The position numbers and the translations under genes are program-made. A stretch of DNA of 64,000 bases, taken from Macrostomum lignano (lineage: Eukaryota). Positions 52,725 through 64,000 of the stretch are shown piece after piece. Position 1 is the first letter of the stretch. Each line of letters begins with the position of its first letter. The stretch lies in the NCBI GenBank assembly GCA_002269645.1, contig NIVC01001805.1, positions 1 through 64,000 of the forward strand, in the 5' to 3' direction. The notes under the pieces were generated by a model. That model searched no databases and was not told the DNA's origin. It saw nothing but the letters and a program-made list of their open reading frames with translations.

Positions 52725-53712
52725 ATCCCATCCCAGTCTCCCATCCCACCCTCCCATCCCACCCTCCCATCCCAGTCTCCCAATCCCACCCTCCCATCCC
52801 ACCCTCCCATCCCACCCTCCCATCCCAGTCTCCCAATCCCACCCTCCCATCCCACCCTCCCATCCCACCCTCCCATCCCAGTCTCCCAATCCCACCCTCC
52901 CATCCCACCCTCCCATCCCACCCTCCCATCCCACCCTCCCATCCCAGTCTCCCAATCCCACCCTCCCATCCCACCCTCCCATCCCACCCTCCCATCCCAC
53001 CCTCCCATCCCAGTCTCCCAATCCCACCCTCCCATCCCAGTCTCCCAATCCCACCCTCCCATCCCACCCTCCCATCCCAGTCTCCCAATCCCACCCTCCC
53101 ATCCCACCCTCCCATCCCACCCTCCCATCCCAGTCTCCCAATCCCACCCTCCCATCCCACCCTCCCATCCCACCCTCCCATCCCACCCTCCATCCCAGTC
53201 TCCCAATCCCACCCTCCCATCCCAGTCTCCCAATCCCACCCTCCCATCCCAGTCTCCCAATCCCACCCTCCCATCCCAGTCTCCCATCCCACCCTCCCAT
53301 CCCAGTCTCCCAATCCCAGTCTCCCATCCCACCCTCCCATCCCAGTCTCCCATCCCGACCTCCCATCCCAGTCTCCCATCCCAGTTTCCCAATCTCAGTC
53401 TCCCATCCCACCCTCCCATCCCAGTCTCCCATCCCACCCTCCCATCCCAGTCTTCCAATCCCACCATCCCATCCCAGTCTTCCAATCCCACCATCCCATC
53501 CCAGTCTTCCAATCCCACCATCCCATCCCAGTCTTCCAATCCCACCATCCCATCCCAGTCTTCCAATCCCACCATCCCATCCCAGTCTTCCAATCCCACC
53601 ATCCCATCCCAGTCTTCCAATCCCACCATCCCATCCCAGTCTCCCAATCCCACCATCCCATCCCAGTCTCCCAATCCCACCATCCCATCCCAGTCTCCCA
53701 TCCCACCCTCCC
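52725..53712. repeat. CCATCCCACCCTC / CCAGTCTCCCAAT low-complexity repeat
   Basis: Lies between NOX and the TSP1-Ig gene core. Confidence 0.95.
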
Positions 53713-53718
53713 ATTGAA

Positions 53719-56007
53719 ATGCCGCGAAGGCTGTCAAATTTTGCAGCGGCGCCCTCGCCCTCGCCCTCTTCGCCGTCGTGTGGCTGCCGGTCCCGCCGGT
53801 CCGCGCCGGCATCAGCCCAGCCTGGCAGTCCTGGTCCGCTCACGAGACGCAGTGCAGCACCACCTGCGGCCAGGGCGTCCGCTGCCGCCGCCGCGACTGC
53901 GTCGACATGAACGACCCGAAGCTGGGCGCCATCAACTTGGACTTCTGCCAGGGCGGCGAGAAAGCCAGCAAGGAGTGCCTGCCCTGCCGGGCATACGTCA
54001 TCTGCCCGCAGAACGGCGGCTGGGGCGAGTGGGGCGAGTGGACCGACTGCCAGTTCAACGCCACCGCGGAAGCCGTCAAAACGGCTGAGAAGGCAGCCGC
54101 CGACTCCGCCGCCGCTCCCGTGGTCGGCGGCCCGGACGACGCCGCGAAGGTCGAGCAGGCGCGCGTCGACATGGCGTCGGATGCGCAGAGCAACATCGAC
54201 GGCCAGAAGTCGGGCGTGGCCATGCCGGCAAGGGGCAACGCGCTCGAGCTGGAAGAGGACTGCGGCAAGGTGCGGCTGCTGTCGTGCGCTGGGGTTTGAG
54301 TTCTGGGGAGGAAAACTGGAGCTGAATCAAGCGGTTTCTCGTACGAGAGCTTCACATCCTGTGTGAGAGCTGTACATCCTGTGTGAGACTGTACATCCTG
54401 TGTGAGAGCTGTACATCCAGTGTGAGAGCTGCACATCCAGTGTGAGACTGTAAATCCTGTGTGAGTACTGTACACAGCTCTACATCCTGTGTGAGAGCTC
54501 TACTAAATCCTGTGTGAGAGCTGTATATCCAGTGTGAGTGGATGTACACAAATTTCGAGAATTAATTGCCAAGAAACGCAATCATTTCAGATCACAAAAT
54601 TCTTTGTTTCTAAACAACCAACGCCGTTCCGCAGGGCAGCCGCACCAGAGTTCGCCGCTGCGACAGACCACCGCCGGACTCCAAAGGTCTCCGCTGCGGC
54701 GGCGGCAACCACGGCCGCCTGCAGAAGGAGGACTGCGAGGTGCCCTGCTCGGCTGACACCGACTTCCTGGCCATGGCCAAGGAGATGCTGGCGCAGGACC
54801 TGACGGAGACGCCCAACCAGCTGTTCTACGTGAACTACGGCGCCCCGGCTACGCTGGACTGCGCTAACGAAGCCTACAGCCTGGCCCTGAGCATCGTGAA
54901 GCCCTACCAGCACCTGCAGATCAACTGGCGCCGGAACAACGTGAGCGTGATCGCCCTGCAGACCCGGCTGCAGTGGTTCATGGCGCAGTCGGAGGAGGCC
55001 AAGGGGCTGCTGACCGGCTCAGACGAGGCCAGCAAAGCCGTCAGCCGGCACACGAAGCTGGAGATGGCGCAGGTGCGGAGCTTCGGCACCCAGCTGACCA
55101 TCGACCCGGTGGATGCGGACAAGGTCGGGCTGTACGCCTGCTACATGGTGAGCCGCCGGTTTGGTCTGCCTCATTGAGCCAGCGTCAGTGGATGCACAGC
55201 TGGGAGCAATGCGTCACATGCTAGATAGCAGCGTGTCTTTCAGTTGTTAGACAGTAACGTATCAGCTGTAAGGCTGTACTGTGTCAGCTGTAAGGCTGTA
55301 CTGTGTCAGCTGTAAGGCTATACTGTGTCAGCTGTAAGGCTATACTGTGTCAGCTGTAAGGCTGTACTGTGTCAGCTGTAAGGCTATACTGTGTCAGCTG
55401 TAAGGCTATACTGTGTCAGCTGTAAGGCTGTACTGTGTCAGTGCTCCCCCAACACCCGCAGGTGCTGGACGGCGAGCACTACCTGATGCGAACTTTCACC
55501 CTGCTCACGCGGCAGCTCACAGATAAGAGTTATCCCGAGCTGCAAACGGTTGTCATGGCAACCAACGCGGAGACCTTCATGGACGCCCAGCTGCCGTCAA
55601 TGGAGGCGGCGGTGGTTCGGTGGTACCAGAACGGGCTGCCAAAGCGGGAGCACCTACTGGCAGACTGGTACGAGAGGAACTGGACCCTGGCGCTGTCCTA
55701 CGCGGACACCGGGGCCTGGGAGTACTACCTGGTGCTGGACAGCCGGAACCAGTGGAAGACCAACGAGTTCAAGCTGTCAATCTCCAAGCAGCTGTTCTTC
55801 CTACAGAAGTTCAATGACGCCTACCTGGCCTACTTCATCGCTGGCTGCGCGCTGATTCTCTACGCCATTGTCGGCTTCCCCCTGGCTGTGGTGACGCTGA
55901 GGCAGCGCGAGGAGAACTGGATCACCGCCGAGGAGCAGCGCTGCATTGAGCACGTCAGGCAGCTCAACTATCTGTACATGGCGAGATACGTGCGCAGGAT
56001 CTCTTGA
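53719..56007 (+). CDS. Single-pass membrane protein: signal peptide, 2x TSP1, Ig-like domain(s), TM
   Basis: Exons 53747-54269, 54635-55147, 55462-56007 are in phase. TSP1 motifs: WQSWS..CSTTCGQGVRCRRRDC and WGEWGEWTDC...CGKGSRTRVRRCDRPPP. Ig motif: LDC..INW..LTI..GLYACY. TM: YLAYFIAGCALILYAIVGFPLAVV. The start is either ATG 53719 with a 1-bp loss in a T run, or upstream exons 52381-52444 and 52519-52582, which also splice in frame. Confidence 0.8.
54350..54538. repeat. ~21-bp ACATCCTGTGTGAGAGCTGT repeat
   Basis: Intron of the TSP1-Ig gene. Confidence 0.85.
55262..55440. repeat. 22-bp GTACTGTGTCAGCTGTAAGGCT repeat
   Basis: About 8 copies, intron of the TSP1-Ig gene. Confidence 0.9.
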
Positions 56008-56169
56008 TTGACTGGAACTCCTGCCGTGTAGCTGCTTGTTGCCGGGCTTCTTGATTCGTTGAACAAATTAATAAATAACAGCTCAGCCCTCAGGTTTCAA
56101 ATAGCAACCAGTACTCGTAAGAACTGACTGACCACGTGCCGTATTTGATCCTTTTTAGGAGGATGTCCA

Positions 56170-59100
56170 GTAAGAGCTCTTGAGCTCTCCAGTAAGATCT
56201 CCCAGCAGGAGTCGAATCTCAATCACTGACATTCTTGAGCTCCCAGGTGTCAAATCTCAATCACTGACATTCTTGAGCTCCCAGGTGTCAAATCTCAATC
56301 ACTGACATTCTTGAGCCCTCCCAGGTGTCAAATCTCAGTCACTGACATTCTTGAGCTCTCCCAGGTGTCAAATCTCAGTCACTGACATTCTTGAGCCCTC
56401 CCAGGTGTCAAATCTCAGTCACTGACATTCTTGAGCTCTCCCAGCAGGAGTCGAATCCCAATCACTGACATTCTTGAGCTCTCCCAGCAGGAGTCGAATC
56501 CCAATCACTGACATTCTTGAGCCCTCCCAGGTGTCAAATCTCAATCACTGACATTCTTGAGCTCCCAGGTGTCAAATCCCAATCACTGACATTCTTGAGC
56601 TCTCCCAGCAGGAGTCGAATCCCAATCACTGACATTCTTGAGCTCTCCCAGGTGTCAAATCTCAGTCACTGACATTCTTGAGCCCTCCCAGGTGTCAAAT
56701 CTCAGTCACTGACATTCTTGAGCTCTCCCAGCAGGAGTCGAATCCCAATCACTGACATTCTTGAGCTCTCCCAGCAGGAGTCGAATCCCAATCACTGACA
56801 TTCTTGAGCCCTCCCAGGTGTCAAATCTCAATCACTGACATTCTTGAGCTCCCAGGTGTCAAATCTCAGTCACTGACATTCTTGAGCCCTCCCAGGTGTC
56901 AAATCTCAGTCACTGACATTCTTGAGCTCTCCCAGCAGGAGTCGAATCCCAATCACTGACATTCTTGAGCTCTCCCAGCAGGAGTCGAATCCCAATCACT
57001 GACATTCTTGAGCCCTCCCAGGTGTCAAATCTCAATCACTGACATTCTTGAGCTCCCAGGTGTCAAATCCCAATCACTGACATTCTTGAGCTCTCCCAGC
57101 AGGAGTCGAATCCCAATCACTGACATTCTTGAGCTCTCCCAGGTGTCGAATCCCAATCACTGACATTCTTGAGCTCTCCCAGGTGTCGAATCCCAATCAC
57201 TGACATTCTTGAGCTCTCCCAGCAGGAGTCGAATCCCAATCACTGACATTCTTGAGCTCTCCCAGCAGGAGTCGAATCCCAATCACTGACATTCTTGAGA
57301 TCTCCCAGGTGTCGAATCCCAATCACTGACATTCTTGAGCTCTCCCAGCAGGAGTCGAATCCCAATCACTGACATTCTTGAGCTCTCCCAGCAGGAGTCG
57401 AATCCCAATCACTGACATTCTTGAGCTCTCCCAGGTGTCGAATCCCAATCACTGACATTCTTGAGCTCTCCCAGGTGTCGAATCCCAATCACTGACATTC
57501 TTGAGCTCTCCCAGCAGGAGTCGAATCCCAATCACTGACATTCTTGAGCTCTCCCAGGTGTCAAATCTCAGTCACTGACATTCTTGAGCCCTCCCAGGTG
57601 TCAAATCTCAGTCACTGACATTCTTGAGCTCTCCCAGCAGGAGTCGAATCCCAATCACTGACATTCTTGAGCTCTCCCAGGTGTCAAATCTCAGTCACTG
57701 ACATTCTTGAGCCCTCCCAGGTGTCAAATCTCAGTCACTGACATTCTTGAGCTCTCCCAGCAGGAGTCGAATCCCAATCACTGACATTCTTGAGCTCTCC
57801 CAGCAGGAGTCGAATCCCAATCACTGACATTCTTGAGCTCTCCCAGGTGTCGAATCCCAATCACTGACATTCTTGAGCTCTCCCAGGTGTCGAATCCCAA
57901 TCACTGACATTCTTGAGCTCTCCCAGCAGGAGTCGAATCCCAATCACTGACATTCTTGAGCTCTCCCAGCAGGAGTCGAATCCCAATCACTGACATTCTT
58001 GAGCTCTCCCAGCAGGAGTCGAATCCCAATCACTGACATTCTTGAGCTCTCCCAGGTGTCGAATCCCAATCACTGACATTCTTGAGCTCTCCCAGGTGTC
58101 GAATCCCAATCACTGACATTCTTGAGCTCTCCCAGCAGGAGTCGAATCCCAATCACTGACATTCTTGAGCTCTCCCAGGTGTCAAATCTCAATCACTGAC
58201 ATTCTTGAGCCTCCCAGGTGTCAATCTCAGTCACTGACATTCTTGAGCTCTCCCAGCAGGAGTCGAATCCCAATCACTGACATTCTTGAGCCCTCCCAGG
58301 TGTCAAATCTCAATCACTGACATTCTTGAGCCTCCCAGGTGTCAAATCTCAGTCACTGACATTCTTGAGCTCTCCCAGCAGGAGTCGAATCCCAATCACT
58401 GACATTCTTGAGCTCTCCCAGCAGGAGTCGAATCCCAATCACTGACATTCTTGAGCTCTCCCAGGTGTCGAATCCCAATCACTGACATTCTTGAGCTCTC
58501 CCAGGTGTCGAATCCCAATCACTGACATTCTTGAGCTCTCCCAGCAGGAGTCGAATCCCAATCACTGACATTCTTGAGCTCTCCCAGCAGGAGTCGAATC
58601 CCAATCACTGACATTCTTGAGATCTCGCAGGTGTCGAATCCCAATCACTGACATTCTTGAGATCTCGCAGGTGTCGAATCCCAATCACTGACATTCTTGA
58701 GATCTCGCAGGTGTCGAATCCCAATCACTGACATTCTTGAGCTCTCCCAGGTGTCGAATCCCAATCACTGACATTCTTGAGCTCTCCCAGCAGGAGTCGA
58801 ATCCCAATCACTGACATTCTTGAGCTCTCCCAGCAGGAGTCGAATCCCAATCACTGACATTCTTGAGCTCTCCCAGGTGTCGAATCCCAATCACTGACAT
58901 TCTTGAGCTCTCCCAGCAGGAGTCGAATCCCAATCACTGACATTCTTGAGCTCTCCCAGGTGTCGAATCCCAATCACTGACATTCTTGAGCTCTCCCAGC
59001 AGGAGTCGAATCCCAATCACTGACATTCTTGAGCTCTCCCAGCAGGAGTCGAATCCCAATCACTGACATTCTTGAGCTCTCCCAGGTGTCGAATCCCAAT

Positions 59101-62100
59101 CACTGACATTCTTGAGCTCTCCCAGCAGGAGTCGAATCCCAATCACTGACATTCTTGAGCTCTCCCAGCAGGAGTCGAATCCCAATCACTGACATTCTTG
59201 AGCTCTCCCAGGTGTCGAATCCCAATCACTGACATTCTTGAGCTCTCCCAGGTGTCGAATCCCAATCACTGACATTCTTGAGCTCTCCCAGCAGGAGTCG
59301 AATCCCAATCACTGACATTCTTGAGCTCTCCCAGCAGGAGTCGAATCCCAATCACTGACATTCTTGAGCTCTCCCAGGTGTCGAATCCCAATCACTGACA
59401 TTCTTGAGCTCTCCCAGGTGTCGAATCCCAATCACTGACATTCTTGAGCTCTCCCAGCAGGAGTCGAATCCCAATCACTGACATTCTTGAGCTCTCCCAG
59501 GTGTCAAATCCAGTCACTGACATTCTTGAGCCTCCCAGGTGTCAATCTCAATCACTGACATTCTTGAGCTCTCCCAGCAGGAGTCGAATCCCAATCACTG
59601 ACATTCTTGAGCTCTCCCAGGTGTCGAATCCCAATCACTGACATTCTTGAGCCCTCCCAGGTGTCAAATCTCAGTCACTGACATTCTTGAGCTCTCCCAG
59701 CAGGAGTCGAATCCCAATCACTGACATTCTTGAGCTCTCCCAGCAGGAGTCGAATCCCAATCACTGACATTCTTGAGCTCTCCCAGGTGTCGAATCCCAA
59801 TCACTGACATTCTTGAGCTCTCCCAGGTGTCGAATCCCAATCACTGACATTCTTGAGCTCTCCCAGCAGGAGTCGAATCCCAATCACTGACATTCTTGAG
59901 CTCTCCCAGCAGGTGTCGAATCCCAATCACTGACATTCTTGAGATCTCCAGGTGTCGAATCCCAATCACTGACATTCTTGAGCTCTCGCAGGTGTCGAAT
60001 CCCAATCACTGACATTCTTGAGATCTCGCAGGTGTCGAATCCCAATCACTGACATTCTTGAGCTCTCCCAGGTGTCGAATCCCAATCACTGACATTCTTG
60101 AGCTCTCCCAGCAGGAGTCGAATCCCAATCACTGACATTCTTGAGCTCTCCCAGGTGTCGAATCCCAATCACTGACATTCTTGAGATCTCCCAGGTGTCG
60201 AATCCCAATCACTGACATTCTTGAGCTCTCCCAGCAGGAGTCGAATCCCAATCACTGACATTCTTGAGCTCTCCCAGGTGTCGAATCCCAATCACTGACA
60301 TTCTTGAGCTCTCCAGCAGGAGTCGAATCCCAATCACTGACATTCTTGAGCTCTCCCAGCAGGAGTCGAATCCCAATCACTGACATTCTTGAGCTCTCCC
60401 AGGTGTCGAATCCCAATCACTGACATTCTTGAGCTCTCCAGCAGGAGTCGAATCCCAATCACTGACATTCTTGAGCTCTCCCAGCAGGAGTCGAATCCCA
60501 ATCACTGACATTCTTGAGCTCTCCCAGGTGTCGAATCCCAATCACTGACATTCTTGAGCTCTCCCAGGTGTCGAATCCCAATCACTGACATTCTTGAGCT
60601 CTCCCAGGGTCGAATCCCAATCACTGACATTCTTGAGCTCTCCCAGGTGTCGAATCCCAATCACTGACATTCTTGAGCTCTCCCAGCAGGAGTCGAATCC
60701 CAATCACTGACATTCTTGAGCTCTCCCAGGTGTCGAATCCCAATCACTGACATTCTTGAGCTCTCCCAGCAGGAGTCGAATCCCAATCACTCACATTCTT
60801 GAGATCTCGCAGGTGTCGAATCCCAATCACTGACATTCTTGAGATCTCCCAGGTGTCGAATCCCAATCACTGACATTCTTGAGCTCTCCCAGGTGTCAAA
60901 TCTCAGTCACTGACATTCTTGAGCCCTCCCAGGTGTCGAATCCAATCACTGACATTCTTGAGCTCTCCCAGCAGGAGTCGAATCCCAATCACTGACATTC
61001 TTGAGCTCTCCCAGGTGTCAATCCAATCACTGACATTCTTGAGCCTCCCAGGTGTCAAATCCAATCACTGACATTCTTGAGCTCTCCAGCAGGAGTCGAA
61101 TCCCAATCACTGACATTCTTGAGCTCTCCCAGCAGGAGTCGAATCCCAATCACTGACATTCTTGAGCTCTCCCAGGTGTCGAATCCCAATCACTGACATT
61201 CTTGAGCTCTCCCAGGTGTCGAATCCCAATCACTGACATTCTTGAGCTCTCCCAGCAGGAGTCGAATCCCAATCACTGACATTCTTGAGCTCTCCAGCAG
61301 GAGTCGAATCCCAATCACTGACATTCTTGAGCTCTCCCAGGTGTCGAATCCCAATCACTGACATTCTTGAGCTCTCCCAGCAGGAGTCGAATCCCAATCA
61401 CTGACATTCTTGAGCTCTCCCAGGTGTCGAATCCCAATCACTGACATTCTTGAGCTCTCCCAGCAGGAGTCGAATCCCAATCACTGACATTCTTGAGCTC
61501 TCCCAGCAGGAGTCGAATCCCAATCACTGACATTCTTGAGCTCTCCCAGCAGGAGTCGAATCCCAATCACTGACATTCTTGAGATCCCGCAGGTGTCGAA
61601 TCCCAATCACTGACATTCTTGAGCTCTCCCAGCAGGAGTCGAATCCCAATCACTGACATTCTTGAGCTCTCCCAGGTGTCGAATCCAATCACTGACATTC
61701 TTGAGCTCTCCCAGGTGTCGAATCTCAATCACTGACATTCTTGAGCTCTCCCAGCAGGAGTCGAATCCCAATCACTGACATTCTTGAGCTCTCCCAGCAG
61801 GAGTCGAATCCCAATCACTGACATTCTTGAGCTCTCCCAGGTGTCGAATCCAATCACTGACATTCTTGAGCTCTCCAGGTGTCAATCTCAATCACTGACA
61901 TTCTTGAGCCTCCCAGGTGTCGAATCCAATCACTGACATTCTTGAGCTCTCCCAGCAGGAGTCGAATCCCAATCACTGACATTCTTGAGCTCTCCCAGCA
62001 GGAGTCGAATCCCAATCACTGACATTCTTGAGCCTCCCAGGTGTCAAATCCAATCACTGACATTCTTGAGCTCCCAGGTGTCGAATCCCAATCACTGACA

Positions 62101-64000
62101 TTCTTGAGCTCTCCAGCAGGAGTCGAATCCCAATCACTGACATTCTTGAGCTCTCCCAGGTGTCGAATCCCAATCACTGACATTCTTGAGCTCTCCCAGG
62201 TGTCGAATCCCAATCACTGACATTCTTGAGCTCTCCCAGCAGGAGTCGAATCCCAATCACTGACATTCTTGAGCTCTCCCAGCAGGAGTCGAATCCCAAT
62301 CACTGACATTCTTGAGCTCTCCCAGGTGTCGAATCCCAATCACTGACATTCTTGAGCTCTCGCAGGTGTCGAATCCCAATCACTGACATTCTTGAGCTCT
62401 CCCAGCAGGAGTCGAATCCCAATCACTGACATTCTTGAGCTCTCCCAGGTGTCGAATCCCAATCACTGACATTCTTGAGCTCTCCCAGGTGTCGAATCCC
62501 AATCACTGACATTCTTGAGCTCTCCCAGCAGGAGTCGAATCCCAATCACTGACATTCTTGAGCTCTCCCAGCAGGAGTCGAATCCCAATCACTGACATTC
62601 TTGAGCCTCCCAGGTGTCGAATCCCAATCACTGACATTCTTGAGCTCTCCAGGTGTCGAATCCCAATCACTGACATTCTTGAGCTCTCCCAGGTGTCAAT
62701 CCAATCACTGACATTCTTGAGCCTCCCAGGTGTCAAATCTCAATCACTGACATTCTTGAGCTCTCCCAGCAGGAGTCGAATCCCAATCACTGACATTCTT
62801 GAGCTCTCCCAGGGTCGAATCCAATCACTGACATTCTTGAGCCTCCCAGGTGTCAAATCCAATCACTGACATTCTTGAGCTCTCCAGCAGGAGTCGAATC
62901 CCAATCACTGACATTCTTGAGCTCTCCCAGCAGGAGTCGAATCCCAATCACTGACATTCTTGAGCTCTCCCAGGTGTCAATCCAATCACTGACATTCTTG
63001 AGCTCTCCCAGGTGTCGAATCCAATCACTGACATTCTTGAGCTCTCCCAGCAGGTCGAATCCCAATCACTGACATTCTTGAGCTCTCCCAGCAGGAGTCG
63101 AATCCCAATCACTGACATTCTTGAGCTCTCCAGCAGGTGTCGAATCCCAATCACTGACATTCTTGAGCTCTCCCAGGTGTCGAATCCAATCACTGACATT
63201 CTTGAGCTCCCAGGTGTCGAATCCAATCACTGACATTCTTGAGCTCTCCCAGCAGGAGTCGAATCCCAATCACTGACATTCTTGAGCTCTCCCAGGTGTC
63301 GAATCCCAATCACTGACATTCTTGAGCTCTCCCAGGTGTCGAATCCAATCACTGACATTCTTGAGCTCTCCCAGCAGGAGTCGAATCCCAATCACTGACA
63401 TTCTTGAGCTCTCCCAGCAGGAGTCGAATCCCAATCACTGACATTCTTGAGCTCTCCCAGGTGTCGAATCCCAATCACTGACATTCTTGAGCTCTCCCAG
63501 CAGTGTCGAATCCCAATCACTGACATTCTTGAGCTCTCCCAGCAGGAGTCGAATCCCAATCACTGACATTCTTGAGCTCTCCCAGGTGTCGAATCCCAAT
63601 CACTGACATTCTTGAGCTCTCCCAGGTGTCGAATCCCAATCACTGACATTCTTGAGCTCTCCCAGCAGGAGTCGAATCCCAATCACTGACATTCTTGAGC
63701 TCTCCCAGGTGTCGAATCCCAATCACTGACATTCTTGAGCTCTCCCAGGTGTCGAATCCCAATCACTGACATTCTTGAGCTCTCCCAGCAGGAGTCGAAT
63801 CCCAATCACTGACATTCTTGAGCTCTCCCAGGTGTCGAATCCAATCACTGACATTCTTGAGCTCCCAGGTGTCAATCTCAATCACTGACATTCTTGAGCT
63901 CTCCCAGGAGTCGAATCCCAATCACTGACATTCTTGAGCTCTCCCAGCAGGAGTCGAATCCCAATCACTGACATTCTTGAGCTCTCCCAGGTGTCGAATC
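56170..64000. repeat. Satellite of 40-bp and 43-bp variant units (TCCCAATCACTGACATTCTTGAGCTCTCCC + AGGTGTCGAA or AGCAGGAGTCGAA)
   Basis: >7.8 kb, roughly 190 units (estimate), continuing past the window end. No unique spacers. Confidence 0.98.

Noticed and set aside
56170-64000. CRISPR-like array
   Set aside because: There are no unique spacers; the variable part is only two alternative ends of a tandem unit, in eukaryotic context.

Overview
Eukaryotic (metazoan) genomic DNA. GC-rich exons are separated by introns that nearly all carry their own tandem minisatellite, a pattern most like the flatworm Macrostomum (inference, not shown by the sequence). I assembled the exons by hand from GT/GC-AG boundaries and reading phase. 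Genes found: HIP1/HIP1R/Sla2 (-, 13 exons, one in-frame TAG and many 1-bp indels at its 3' end); a fucolectin/F5-8C-like type I membrane protein (+); a decayed THAP-P-element transposase (-); an intronless FkbM-family methyltransferase with an internal TAA (+); the 3' part of an unknown gene (-); RSPH1 (-, with a GC-AG intron); a divergent penta-EF-hand gene with two TAGs (+); an intact 10-exon NOX1-4-type NADPH oxidase (+); and a TSP1-TSP1-Ig-TM protein (+). A >7.8 kb 40/43-bp satellite runs off the end. Best leads: (1) a 22-bp tandem array carrying 21 RFX X-box motifs about 0.5 kb from the RSPH1 3' end, plus single X-boxes at the unknown gene and over the NOX start codon; (2) a 364-bp MITE with perfect 80-bp TIRs and an 8-bp TSD in a NOX intron; (3) intronic arrays made of splice-site sequences on the sense strand; (4) a co-oriented EF-hand/NOX/TSP1-Ig cluster. 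Most long ORFs in the supplied track are repeat artefacts. There is no CRISPR array and no rRNA or tRNA was recognised.
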